A stretch of DNA of 64,000 bases from a virus, in the IMG/VR virus record IMGVR_UViG_3300012359_000002, positions 11,451 to 75,450 of that record, one strand, 5' to 3'. The position numbers were made by a program, and so were the translations under genes. Below the pieces are notes generated by a model. The model searched no databases and had not been told where the DNA came from. It saw only the letters and a list, made by a program, of their open reading frames with translations. Each line of letters opens with the position of its first letter. The stretch's first letter is position 1. This document shows positions 19,946 to 29,930 of the stretch, piece by piece.

Positions 19946-22645
19946 TCACACCTCGCTCCAGCGATTACCGATTTTCGCCTCTGCCTTGAACTGAACGTCG
20001 AGATCAGCGTACGTGCGTGTCATCACGCGAATGAGCGTTGCGGCGACCTTCTTCGCCTCGCTCTCTGGGCACTCGACGACGAGCGCGTCGTGCCCCTGGT
20101 GGATCAGACCGGTGCCGGGCCCCCACTTCTCGAACGGGATCTCGTCGAGAAGCTCGAACGTCGCGTCGTGGATGATTGCGGCGCAGGCCGACTGGATTGG
20201 GAAGTTGCGAATCTCGTTGTCGGAGGACTCGTCGTCTGAGTCGGGCTCGCCGTTCAGGAACTCGCGGCGACGGCCCCAGATCCGCTCGGCGAGCCAGCCC
20301 TGCCGGCGCCACGTCGCGATCTCGTTTGCCCACCCGATCTCATATTCAGGATCGGCGTCAAGAAGCGCACGGCGTCGATTCGCGCAGTCGGTGACAGAGA
20401 CGTCGGCGTAGATCAGATTGCCACCGTCGTCCTCGACCGAGGAGATCACGCGGTGAATCGTTTTGTCCTGCGCACCATAAGCGCACGCGTAGCGGAAGCG
20501 CTTTGCGAAATCACGCATCTTTCCGTAGGCGGGATGGCTCTTCGCCTTCACCGGCTTGTCGTCCTTGAGCGGCTGCGCAGCAGCCCACTCGACAGCTCGC
20601 GCGAGTGTCTCCGCGGCGGCCCGGCCGAAGATCGCCATGCCTGTTTCATGGTGCGGATCGCGGCCCTCCTTGAACACGGCGAGCATCTTCGGGAGCTTCC
20701 AGTGCGCTGCCTGGTAGCGCAGTTCGAGCTGGTCGGAGTCGGCGCCGACGAGCTTGTGGCCGGGCCCGGCGACGATCATGTCGCGCAGCGTGCGATCCCA
20801 GTTCTGCATGGCGGGATCGCTGCTGGAGAGCCGGCCCGACGTCGCGACGTGCGAGTTCCACGAAGAGTGCACACGCCCGTCGTCGAGCAGGATCCCCTGC
20901 TTCTTCAGATCCTTCCGCTCGCGATAGACGCGCTCCTCGAAGGTTTCCTCGACGTCCTCGGCAAACTCGTCGAGGATGACGGGCTCGTTGTGACGGCGGA
21001 ACTTCAGCACGTTCGTCCCGCGGTACTTCACGGCGCGGCGCACCTTGCGCGTGCACTCGATCACCGTCTTTTGCGTTGGCGTGAGGTTGAAGTTGACGCG
21101 GTACTCGCGGAGGGCGTCGTCGTCGGTGGAGGGCGCGCCGGTCTTCTCGGAGAGCTTCACCGGTGGCAGATCCCACTTCTCGTAGAGAAGCTCGGCAACC
21201 TGCATCGACGAGCCGGGGTTGAAGTTCGGGTCGTCGATCAGCTTGCGGATCGTCGCGCGGTTCTGGAGTAGCTCCTTCAGTAGACGGCGACCGTGCGCGT
21301 CGCGCGCGACCGGATCGACGAGCATGCCGACGCGGTGCATCCCCCAGCAGGCCTGCTGGACCTTGTGGTCCTTGCGGCAGACCTCCACCTGCTGCTTCAG
21401 CTCCAGCGCCTGCGAGAGCGGCTCGACGACGCGCGCGGTGACGGCGACGTCCTTCCAGTTGCGCTCCCACAGCGTCTCGTCGCTGACGTTGAGCACGTCC
21501 TCTGAGTCCTGCTTCCACGCGACGATGTCTGTCAGCGTCGAGCCGACGAAGCCCAGGTTGTGCGGCATCTCCGACTCGACGGCGTGATGCGCGAGGATCC
21601 CGTCGAAGCACCGGCGCGGCGTCACGCCGAGCTGTTGCTCGGAGACGGTGCGGTCGTAGAGTCCGCTGTTCCAGCCGCACTTCAGGATCGACTTGTCGGC
21701 GAGGAACTTCGCGAGGCGCACGCGGATCCACGCCTCGTCCGCTTCGGTGTAGAACCGCGTGAACCCGTCGGTGGAGAGCAATGGCACTACCATGACCAGC
21801 TCGGTGGTACCGACGCCGACGCAGCGGATCTTCGCGATTAGCGCCTCCTTCGCGTTCGTCTCGACGTCCCACGCGAAGAACCGCTCGCGTCGCGAGAGGA
21901 ACGCGTCCAGCTCCGCGTACGTCGGCCGAATCAGAACCTGCGGGTCCTTCCATCCGCGACGCCCGGTGAACCAACGGATCGCGCGGCCGATGTCACCGCG
22001 GAAGACGGAGGTCCACTTCCGCTGGCGCAGGATGAGCGCGGGGTGGAAGGTCGGGAGGATCTTCACCTGCTTCGAGCCGAGCGGGCGCGCGAGTTCGCCG
22101 TGCTCGATCGGGACGAAGCCGCCGTCGTGCACCCACCCCTCGATGCACGAGCCGCGCATCTTCGAGATCGCGTGTTCGGTCTCGGTGACGTCGCGGTAGG
22201 CGGTGTCGCCGAGCGGGATCACGTTCTCGAAGCGCTGCAACTCGCGGAGGAGGCGCGGTCGGCAGCAGTCGACCGGGTGCGGGAGCACTTCGTAGGGTCG
22301 CTCGCCCTCGGCGAGCTTCTGGTTCAGCTTCTTCCGGCGCTTGTTCTCGCGCCCGAGGGCGTACTCCATCTTCGCCAGCTCGTTGCCGGGCGGGCGGCAG
22401 AGGAGCGTGTTCGTGAGGGCGACGTCGCTGCGGCGCAGCCCGTAGCCGCCAAGCGCAACCATTAGCTCCTGGCCGCTCCGCCCGACGAAGGGTCGCCCGA
22501 CCTCGACCTCGTCCTTGCCGGGCGCCTCGCCGACGACGATCGTCTTCACGTCGCGGTTTTCGATTGGGACCGGGCCGCCCTCGCGACGACTCGCGAGCCA
22601 ACAAGTGTCGCAGCGCGCACCGTGGGCCCTCGGGTCGTACGCCAT
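19946..22645 (-). CDS. polA: Family A DNA polymerase with N-terminal uracil-DNA-glycosylase-like domain and 3'-5' exonuclease (SPO1-type architecture)
   Basis: UDG: VGEAPG, PFVGRSG, TFHPA. Exo: WDVET. Pol: TSGRLSSSDP, ADSDQLELR, RDFAKRFRYACAYG, NFPIQS, HDAL. Confidence 0.93.
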   Translation of the reverse strand: MAYDPRAHGARCDTCWLASRREGGPVPIENRDVKTIVVGEAPGKDEVEVGRPFVGRSGQELMVALGGYGLRRSDVALTNTLLCRPPGNELAKMEYALGRENKRRKKLNQKLAEGERPYEVLPHPVDCCRPRLLRELQRFENVIPLGDTAYRDVTETEHAISKMRGSCIEGWVHDGGFVPIEHGELARPLGSKQVKILPTFHPALILRQRKWTSVFRGDIGRAIRWFTGRRGWKDPQVLIRPTYAELDAFLSRRERFFAWDVETNAKEALIAKIRCVGVGTTELVMVVPLLSTDGFTRFYTEADEAWIRVRLAKFLADKSILKCGWNSGLYDRTVSEQQLGVTPRRCFDGILAHHAVESEMPHNLGFVGSTLTDIVAWKQDSEDVLNVSDETLWERNWKDVAVTARVVEPLSQALELKQQVEVCRKDHKVQQACWGMHRVGMLVDPVARDAHGRRLLKELLQNRATIRKLIDDPNFNPGSSMQVAELLYEKWDLPPVKLSEKTGAPSTDDDALREYRVNFNLTPTQKTVIECTRKVRRAVKYRGTNVLKFRRHNEPVILDEFAEDVEETFEERVYRERKDLKKQGILLDDGRVHSSWNSHVATSGRLSSSDPAMQNWDRTLRDMIVAGPGHKLVGADSDQLELRYQAAHWKLPKMLAVFKEGRDPHHETGMAIFGRAAAETLARAVEWAAAQPLKDDKPVKAKSHPAYGKMRDFAKRFRYACAYGAQDKTIHRVISSVEDDGGNLIYADVSVTDCANRRRALLDADPEYEIGWANEIATWRRQGWLAERIWGRRREFLNGEPDSDDESSDNEIRNFPIQSACAAIIHDATFELLDEIPFEKWGPGTGLIHQGHDALVVECPESEAKKVAATLIRVMTRTYADLDVQFKAEAKIGNRWSEV

Positions 22646-23143
22646 CTAATGACACTCCTTACAGTACCCACGCAACCCACTACGACTTTTTCTCTTGTAG
22701 AAGTCGTCTACACTTTTCAATTGTCCGCATCTAACGCACCACCGTTCGTTTTTTGATTCAGGTGGCGTAAAAAAACGAACGGACTCTTCGACTTTACCGA
22801 GCCACACTGCAAAACGGAGAAGCGACGGCACACAATGCAACAACATGTGCGTTCGTCGTTCACGACAAACTACGAGATTTTCCGGTTGATTATCTGTTTT
22901 CACTTCGTTTACATGATGAACTTCCCAACCTTCCGGCATTGTGCGCCCTAATGCTTTTTCAGCAACTACAACATGAACTCGTCCTGGACTTTTGCTTCCA
23001 CCGCCAACATAGTGCTTCGCGTTGCTGTTTAACCGTTCCCAACTGAAGCGACAAAGTCTGGAACAAAAGTGACGGCAACCGCGTGGTTTCACATCGCCGC
23101 AGTTTCGGCACCGAGCCCCATGCTCTTGCGGGTCGTAGTTCAC
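22646..23143 (-). CDS. Free-standing HNH (homing) endonuclease
   Basis: RVHVVVAEKALGR..EVHHVNEVKTDNQPENL; C-terminal CVRC..CKEC; markedly AT-richer than neighbours. Confidence 0.85.
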   Translation of the reverse strand: MNYDPQEHGARCRNCGDVKPRGCRHFCSRLCRFSWERLNSNAKHYVGGGSKSPGRVHVVVAEKALGRTMPEGWEVHHVNEVKTDNQPENLVVCRERRTHMLLHCVPSLLRFAVWLGKVEESVRFFTPPESKNERWCVRCGQLKSVDDFYKRKSRSGLRGYCKECH

Positions 23144-23348
23144 CGACCGGTACCTTCTCCCGCGCGGTGCGACTCGTACGCGCGACGGTGAGCACGATCG
23201 ACCTTGTCACGGTCGCACAGCATGCTGATGTCACTCGCGAGGTGCCAGACGCCCGCCGCGATCAATAGCATCACGGCGAGATCCGCGCGGCCGGCGAAGA
23301 TTGCCGCGAACATTGCCGCACATGTAGAGAAGAAGAAGAATGGTGCCA

Positions 23349-23588
23349 TCACGTCACCACGGTCCACGAGTGAACACTCTTGAAGGCAAAGGTGCGCTGC
23401 AGGTTGCGCTCGACGTCCCACGCGTCGAACACCCACTGCGCGGGGGTGTGGTGCGGCGTCTCGACGAAGCGCAGCGTCTGCTGGCACGGGATGATCCGGC
23501 GCGTGCGACGCTCACCGCGGTGGTTCGTGTAGTCGATCTCGACGACGCGTGCTTCGACCTTCGCTTCGAATGGCGCCACCATTGTCAC
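23349..23588 (-). CDS. Stand-alone WYL-like domain protein
   Basis: IDYTNHRGERRTRRIIP..WVFDAWDVERNLQRTF. Confidence 0.7.
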   Translation of the reverse strand: MTMVAPFEAKVEARVVEIDYTNHRGERRTRRIIPCQQTLRFVETPHHTPAQWVFDAWDVERNLQRTFAFKSVHSWTVVT

Positions 23589-24454
23589 TCCAGATCGAAC
23601 GACGGGCCGGTGGCGGTAAAGCTCTTCTTCTTCGCCTCTTCCAGCGCGAGCGCCACCTTCTGCTCCTTCGTCACGCGGGGCTTGCGTGGCTTCTTCTTCA
23701 CCTCCTGACGCCAGACGAGGTGCGGGTAGCGGCGCGGGGGCGCTGGCACCTCACCGACGGCCGGCACGACCCAGCAGAAGAGCGCGTAGGACTGCGAATC
23801 GGTGCCCTTCTTCCCCTTGCCGTTCTTCTTGAAGCCAGGGCGGGGCACGATCGGCGAGAAGGAGTCCTCGGGGTGCTGCTCCCAGAAGAGCAGGCGATCG
23901 AAGCTCTCGTAGAAGCCGACGCGCAGCAGGAAGGCCAGGATCGCGCCGGGCTTCATGAGCGCGAGCATCGCGCGGAGATGCGCCTCCGCCTTCGTGAACG
24001 GCGGATTGCCGAGGACGAGGTCGGCGCTCTTCATTGCAAGCTGACCTGCCTGCGACGTGAGGAAGTCCTCCAGCGTCTCGATCGTGACGATGTTTGCGCC
24101 GGCAGCGAGGAGCGCGTTCTCGCACTCGGGGCGCATTTCCACGGCGCAGACGATCGCGCCAGGCCACGTCGCCTTGGCGGCGGTAACGAAGGACCCGTCA
24201 CCGGCCGACGGCTCCAGAATCCACTCGATCTGGCGCCGGTTCGTCCCGACGTGCGGGAACAGCGAAGTGACGCGCCGGCAAATCGCGAGCGCCAGCTCGG
24301 GTGGCGTCGGGCAGATTTCGAACTCGTCGATCTCCGCCAGCGTCGGATCGCGCGGCGGGGTGGGCGTAGGGCTCTGGGGCGGCGGGCCAGCAGACAGGCC
24401 CGGCTCGATCTCGACTGAGTCGACGGCTTCGAGCACGATCTCGGTGGTGCTCAC
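23585..24454 (-). CDS. SAM-dependent DNA (N6-adenine) methyltransferase
   Basis: ILEPSAGDGSF (motif I), GNPPF (motif IV). Confidence 0.85.
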   Translation of the reverse strand: MSTTEIVLEAVDSVEIEPGLSAGPPPQSPTPTPPRDPTLAEIDEFEICPTPPELALAICRRVTSLFPHVGTNRRQIEWILEPSAGDGSFVTAAKATWPGAIVCAVEMRPECENALLAAGANIVTIETLEDFLTSQAGQLAMKSADLVLGNPPFTKAEAHLRAMLALMKPGAILAFLLRVGFYESFDRLLFWEQHPEDSFSPIVPRPGFKKNGKGKKGTDSQSYALFCWVVPAVGEVPAPPRRYPHLVWRQEVKKKPRKPRVTKEQKVALALEEAKKKSFTATGPSFDLE

Positions 24455-24796
24455 TTGCCGTTCCTCTTGCCGTGCATCGCGCGGGCCTGCGCGTTCTCGA
24501 ACTTCGCCTTGCGCTCCTCGGCGGCAGCGAGGTTGCTCCGGTTGCAGGGTGGGCAGCACGAGCTGACGCTGCCGTCGAAGCGCTCGGTGACTGCACCGTT
24601 CGACCAGTGGAGATCGCCGGACATCCCTTCCTTCCCCTTCTCGTAGACGGCGGTAGCGTTGCAGTAAACGCAGTCGCCTCGCGGCTTCGGGTACACAGGC
24701 ACGACGACCTCCTTTTAAAAGCGCGCGGCTCCGGCGACGTGCGGGGGTGCCGTCACCAGAGCCGCGCAGGGCACCACGTTGAACCTCGCTTCGAGG

Positions 24797-25042
24797 TTAG
24801 CGCAGCGCCTTCTCGACGGCGGCTGCGACCGCATCACCCGCGATCGTCTTGTCACCCGACGCGAGCTGCATCTTCGCGGCGAGCTTGTTCACCTTCGACG
24901 CCGTCTCCGCAGTCACGCGGATCGCGACGAAGTCGCGCTTCTCCTTCTTGGAACTGCGGTTCACGATCGGCCTCTTCTTCTTCGGCCTGGCTGCGCCGTT
25001 CGAGGTGGTGGTGTCACTGCTGGGCTGCGCTTCTCCGTCCAT
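24797..25042 (-). CDS. Small basic RHH-like DNA-binding protein
   Basis: FVAIRVTAETASKVNKLA strand-helix-helix pattern. Confidence 0.45.
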   Translation of the reverse strand: MDGEAQPSSDTTTSNGAARPKKKRPIVNRSSKKEKRDFVAIRVTAETASKVNKLAAKMQLASGDKTIAGDAVAAAVEKALR

Positions 25043-25090
25043 CTTCGACTCCTTCGTTAGTGGTGGTATTTCCGCCCAGAGACGAGACGG

Positions 25091-25687
25091 CTACTCCAGC
25101 GAGACGGACTCGGCGGTGTGCGGCGTCGAGCCGGCGGCGCCCGTGCCGTTCGGCGTGGCGCCGCCCGAGACGGTCATGCTGCCCTGCGAGCCGGTCGCGG
25201 ACGCACCCGCGGCGGCGCCCTTCCCCTCGACCTTGAACTTCTCGTACATTTCCTTCGAGATGAACGTGAGGTTCTGGAGGTTGTCGCGGCCCTTGGCGTC
25301 CTTGCCGGGAACGTCCTGCACGTAGATGAAGCACGGCTTCTTCTCGAAGAACTTCGCGTTGATGTTGACGGACCCCTTCTCGACGACGGCCGGGTCCTTC
25401 GCCACCGACACGAGGAGGTTCTTCCACTTCCGGCCGACGATGCCCTCGCCGACGTTGCCGTCGATCGGCATCCAGATCCGCAGCTTCTTGCCCTTCTCCG
25501 AGGGCTCGGTGACGTCGAGCGAGAAGATGATGTTGTCGCACGAGCCGGCGGTCTTCGAGGCGTCGCGCTCGCTGCTCGCGATCACGGCGGCGTAGGGGCC
25601 CGTCGGCACGCGCTCGAACGCGTCGCCGGGCTCGAAGAGGGCCTGACCGGCCACGTTGATCGAAATTGCCCAGTCCTTCTGTGCCAT
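25091..25687 (-). CDS. Putative ssDNA-binding protein (DUF669-like OB fold)
   Basis: VPTGPYAAVI..; follows the Sak4-like ATPase; flexible Gly/Ala tail. Confidence 0.55.
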   Translation of the reverse strand: MAQKDWAISINVAGQALFEPGDAFERVPTGPYAAVIASSERDASKTAGSCDNIIFSLDVTEPSEKGKKLRIWMPIDGNVGEGIVGRKWKNLLVSVAKDPAVVEKGSVNINAKFFEKKPCFIYVQDVPGKDAKGRDNLQNLTFISKEMYEKFKVEGKGAAAGASATGSQGSMTVSGGATPNGTGAAGSTPHTAESVSLE

Positions 25688-25737
25688 TTGATGCCTCCTT
25701 GCTGCTGGTTATCGCCGGCAACGCCGACGAATGGTTG

Positions 25738-26691
25738 TTAGGCGACGGTGGTGGTGTACGCGGCGAGAGCGTCGCGATCGTGTGTGTCGCGAAGAATTGC
25801 GCGAGCGACTGCATCGCGGAAGATCCACCGAATGTGTGGCATCACCTTCGTGTACTTCGACTCGATCAGCGGGCGAAACGCGGAGAGGATCTCTTTCTGT
25901 TTCACGTCACCGGGTGACGTCCCGCGGAGGCGCGACGCCACCTGCTCCACGACCTTCTCCATCCACTCCAGCCCGCGAGGCCGGCGGATGGCGAACTCGG
26001 AGCCCTCGGGGAAGCCCTGGCGCATCAGCTCGCCGAGGTTCATCGGTGCGAGCTTGGTGGTGGGCGGGACGAAGCCGTGGCGGTCCTTCTCGACGTAGTC
26101 GTCCGAGCCCTCGTGGGCGCTGTAGACCATGTGCCAGTCGGGGTAGCTGTCCTCCTTCATCACCCGGAGGACCATGTCGCAGCTCTTCGGGAAGTCCTCC
26201 GGCATCGTGCCGGGAAGCATCGGACCGCCGCGGACGAAGCCCTTCTTGTCGTCCGTGTGCGGGCCGCGTTCGTGGCAGTTGATGACGATGTGCATGCCGG
26301 CGTCGCGGGCGCCCTGCCGGAACTCCAGCAGCATCTTCCGCACGCCGCCCCAGAACTGAATCCCACCCTTCGGGAAGTCGGTCTCCACCTGCGAGAACGA
26401 CGCGTCGCACATGAGCGACCAGTCGTCACAGACGATCGCGGTGAACCGGCGGGTCTTGCCCTTCGCGACCGTATGCTCGCGGATGATCTGCGTCGCCTCG
26501 GGAATTGTCCTGCACTTCGGTGCGTGCGCTGGCTCGTACGGCAATCCGACGACGTTGAGCCAGGGCTTCAACGCGCCCGGTTGTGCGATGAAGAGCGCAT
26601 CGGGGAAGGAGTAGAGGGTGTCGACGGTCTTGCCCCAACCAGACGGGGCGTACGTCATGATCAATGACGGTTCGTTGAACTGCCCTTGCAT
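25738..26691 (-). CDS. AAA_24 / Sak4-like recombination ATPase
   Basis: YAPSGWGKT, IVCDDWS, HIVINCHE, CDMVLR. Confidence 0.75.
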   Translation of the reverse strand: MQGQFNEPSLIMTYAPSGWGKTVDTLYSFPDALFIAQPGALKPWLNVVGLPYEPAHAPKCRTIPEATQIIREHTVAKGKTRRFTAIVCDDWSLMCDASFSQVETDFPKGGIQFWGGVRKMLLEFRQGARDAGMHIVINCHERGPHTDDKKGFVRGGPMLPGTMPEDFPKSCDMVLRVMKEDSYPDWHMVYSAHEGSDDYVEKDRHGFVPPTTKLAPMNLGELMRQGFPEGSEFAIRRPRGLEWMEKVVEQVASRLRGTSPGDVKQKEILSAFRPLIESKYTKVMPHIRWIFRDAVARAILRDTHDRDALAAYTTTVA

Positions 26692-26833
26692 TCTTTTTCT
26701 TCCCTCTCGCAGGTGCGAGCTGCGGTTGTGAGGAACCTAAGCCTTCACACTTCACACGTCAACAACAACACCCATCTTTTTTCATTGAGCAGATCACAGC
26801 TTTTAAAGTCCGCTCAAAAGCGCACGAGCGCCT

Positions 26834-27745
26834 CTACGCCACTTCTTCCCAAACGTCAGGAAATTCAACAACTCCTTCACCCCAGCGACAAATCTCAAAA
26901 GCAGGACACGCGCCATAAGCCGTCATGCACGTCTGTTCGCTCGCGGTCGCCGGCCACTCCAAGACGTCGCGATCTTCGTCTTCGAGCTGCGCGATGCGCT
27001 CCTCGGCGTCGAGCACCAGCGTCGCGAAGCGCGCCTGCAGCCCCGGCGCGGGATCGATCGGATAGCGCACGAAGCGGCAGTTCGGCGCGGCTTGCAGCAC
27101 GTTCGCGTTGACGCCACCGAACTCGCGCCCGAAGAGCGTTTGCCCAAGCATGCGAAGTGCCAAGAACTGACCGCTGTTGGTGTAGCGCGTCGAGGTCGAG
27201 CGGCGCGTGTACGTCACGAACTTGTGATCCAGTACCCATTTGCGTCGGCTCTGATCTTCGATAATCAGGTCGGGGCGCATGGTGAACTCGACGCGCCGGC
27301 CACCGGTCTCGGGGTCGGCGACGGAGGGGTGACGCGGCGGGCGCATGTCGCGCAGCACCGTCTCGTACGCACGCTCGACTTCGAGGATCTTGAACCCCTC
27401 GTCGGCGTGGCCCGAGAGGTACTCGGCGACGGTGATCTGCGCGACCGGCAGGAGCGACACGGCGAGCGGCCCGAGGCGCGGCGCGGCAATCTCCATGGCT
27501 TCGCGCGGCGTGTAGTAGAGGTTCGGGTTGCCCTTCCGCTGCGCCTCGCGCAGGCGCGCGAAGTGATGCGCGAGGCCGACGTGGCCGATCGAGCCGCGCA
27601 TGAGGGGCATGGACGCCTGCCCGTCGCGCTTCAACGAGTGGGATCGGTACCGCAACGCGTAGAGCTGCGGGCAGCGCAGGAAGGACTCGATCCGGTGCCA
27701 GCCTCTCCGTGAAGGCCCAGCGTCGATCAGAATCTTCTCGTTCAC
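26834..27745 (-). CDS. PD-(D/E)XK (RecB/Cas4-like) exonuclease
   Basis: FLRCPQ, GSIGH, RPDLI..VLDHK, C-terminal C..YGACPAFEIC. Confidence 0.8.
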   Translation of the reverse strand: MNEKILIDAGPSRRGWHRIESFLRCPQLYALRYRSHSLKRDGQASMPLMRGSIGHVGLAHHFARLREAQRKGNPNLYYTPREAMEIAAPRLGPLAVSLLPVAQITVAEYLSGHADEGFKILEVERAYETVLRDMRPPRHPSVADPETGGRRVEFTMRPDLIIEDQSRRKWVLDHKFVTYTRRSTSTRYTNSGQFLALRMLGQTLFGREFGGVNANVLQAAPNCRFVRYPIDPAPGLQARFATLVLDAEERIAQLEDEDRDVLEWPATASEQTCMTAYGACPAFEICRWGEGVVEFPDVWEEVA

Positions 27746-28429
27746 GGCACCACCCTCAACTTTCTGTGCTTCGCGTCGACTTGCGCGTGCGCGGCACTGC
27801 AGTACAACGCGGTCGCGATCTTCTTCTTACCGATCGCGTAGTGCGTTCGCACCCAGCCGGTCGGCTCGGGTTCGTCGTCACCGCGTTCGACCTGATGACC
27901 GCAGACTACGCACGAGAAGACCCGCATAACGGCACCCTAGATCAGACCTCTGACAAGAGCGCGTGCAGCGCCTCGATCACGACCTCGGTTTCCTGCGCCG
28001 CCGCCTCGTAAGCCGCCTCGCGTGCAAGGCGACGCGCGCGGCGCGGCTGGTCATTCTCCTCGCCGAAGGTCTCGAAGGCACGCGCGGGCGTCTTCCACTG
28101 CTTCACCGTCGTCTTCAGGCGTGCCAGCACGTCGAGTTCCAGATCGCCGTGCAGCTTGTTGAGCTTGGCCTGCGTACTCGCGAACGCGTCGACCAGCCTC
28201 GACACGGACGGGTGCGGGCACCAGCCGCACTTCTCGCAGGCGCGCAGGCTGTGCTCGTAGCCGCACGACGCCGTTGCGCTCCTGACCTCGTTCACCGCCT
28301 CCACGACGCGCACCGCCAGCTCGCGGGCCTCGTCGATCGGCCCCACCATGACGGCAACCATCTTCCCCTTGCCCTTCGGCCCGTCGTACACGTTTCGACA
28401 GACCTGAGTGCCCACTCTCCACTGATCGT

Positions 28430-28909
28430 TCATGTCGTCTCCTTCGAGGTTCGTTTTCTGACCGGTGCGATCATCTGCATCTGCGTCACCCCGCGGGCCC
28501 GACGCGCCGCGTGAGCTTTGCAGAGCCCGTGCGACGAGACGCGCTCGTCGCAGTAGGCACACGAGCGTGCGCCACTCGGCTTGCCGCCCTGCGCTTCGAG
28601 ATCGACGATGTTCGCGAGGTGCACGCGCATCCTGCGCCGGCCCTCCGCGAGCGTCCGCTTGCCGACCACACGCAGGAGCGCCAGGAGACTCGCGCCGGGG
28701 CGCAGGGCCTTCCACGTGAACACGACCAGCCACGCATCGTGGGCGGCGTCCTGCGCATCGTGTGACGTCGCGCCGTGGCTCATGAGGTAGCAGACGAGCG
28801 GCCACGCGTGGCGGGCGTAGAGCGTCGCCCAGGCGGTCCCGTCGTCCCCCTGGAGGAACGACGCGACCAGCTCGGCGTCCGACAGCGCCAGTGGACTCGG
28901 ACAGCTCAC
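28430..28909 (-). CDS. ECF sigma-factor region-2-like protein with C-terminal Zn finger
   Basis: SDAELV..GDDGTAWATLYARH..DAQDAAHDAWL; CAYC..GLCKAH; no region 4 seen. Confidence 0.6.
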   Translation of the reverse strand: MSCPSPLALSDAELVASFLQGDDGTAWATLYARHAWPLVCYLMSHGATSHDAQDAAHDAWLVVFTWKALRPGASLLALLRVVGKRTLAEGRRRMRVHLANIVDLEAQGGKPSGARSCAYCDERVSSHGLCKAHAARRARGVTQMQMIAPVRKRTSKETT

Positions 28910-29359
28910 CTAAGCGGCGCGCGCGATGGGCGGGAAGAGATCGGCGAGGTGGGTCAGGAGGCCTTCGAGCGTGAACTCGCAGTGTCCGAGCGTGCGCGTC
29001 GGCTGCTGCCAGCCGATTCCGTACACGTTCTGCAGACGCTGCTGCCCCATCACTTCGAGAAGCTCCTGCTCCATCCCGCTCGACGGCTTCGGCGTCCACT
29101 CCGGCACGAAGAACGCGGCGAAGGCGCTCTTGTCGAGCATCGTCGAGCAGTAGGCGATTCCGTGCTCGCGCTCGAAGACGTCGTGGTCGTCGAGAAACTG
29201 CGGAAAGAGGAGGTGCGGTGCAAAGGGCATCGCGCCAGTCTCCAACGCGATCCGCCGGCAGACCGTCTGCGCGAACTTCACGTTGCGATCGACGTCCTCC
29301 TTCGTCGTGGCGGCGTACGGAGAGGCGACGAAGGCGATCGGTTTCACTTTCATGTTCAT
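28910..29359 (-). CDS. Nucleoside-deoxyribosyltransferase-like protein
   Basis: FVASPY..PFAPHLLFPQFLDD..SSGMEQE. Confidence 0.6.
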   Translation of the reverse strand: MNMKVKPIAFVASPYAATTKEDVDRNVKFAQTVCRRIALETGAMPFAPHLLFPQFLDDHDVFEREHGIAYCSTMLDKSAFAAFFVPEWTPKPSSGMEQELLEVMGQQRLQNVYGIGWQQPTRTLGHCEFTLEGLLTHLADLFPPIARAA

Positions 29360-29387
29360 TTTCCTTTCAGTGCTTCTTCGAGGTGTG

Positions 29388-29930
29388 TCACGCGGGCCTC
29401 CAGACAGAACCGATCGACGCGAAGCCGGCGAACGGGGAGTGAAGCGGGTTCGTACCGTGAGCGAAGCGCTCGATTTTCATCCCGTAGTAGAGAAAGGAAA
29501 CTGCGACCTCTTCGCCGGCCGTTCCGTCGGGCTGCGCCATGAAGATCGGCGTCGCACCTTCGGTGTCGACGAAGCAGACTGCCTTCACAAACGGGAGCAC
29601 GTGGTCACGCCAGCATTCCGAGCCGGGTGCGGTCGGGATCATGGCGATGATCTCGGCACCGTGGTTCGCCTCACCGGCGCACTTTGCGAGCCAGGGCACG
29701 AGCGTCTTCGCCTCGGTGAGGTAGTCGTAACCCCACGGCGGATTGACGTAGACGCGTCCGGTCCAAGGCGTGACGAGCCCGTTGCACTCGGGTCTATAGC
29801 ACTCACGCGCGGCGCAAACTGTCGAGGCGAGGTTCGGGCATGGGTCGAGATCGATCTGCCCTCCGAAGAACTCGCGCACGATCTCGACGAAGCGCGGCGG
29901 GGTGCAAAGCAGTGGATTCGAAACGGTCAT
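29388..29930 (-). CDS. Phage-type DNA N6-adenine methyltransferase
   Basis: CTP, IDLDPC, NGL..W.GRVYVNPPW. Confidence 0.8.
   Translation of the reverse strand: MTVSNPLLCTPPRFVEIVREFFGGQIDLDPCPNLASTVCAARECYRPECNGLVTPWTGRVYVNPPWGYDYLTEAKTLVPWLAKCAGEANHGAEIIAMIPTAPGSECWRDHVLPFVKAVCFVDTEGATPIFMAQPDGTAGEEVAVSFLYYGMKIERFAHGTNPLHSPFAGFASIGSVWRPA

Noticed and set aside
26834-27745. Cas4 as part of CRISPR or TIGR adaptation
   Set aside because: It sits in a standard exonuclease-Sak4-SSB recombination module 23 kb from the arrays; nothing links them
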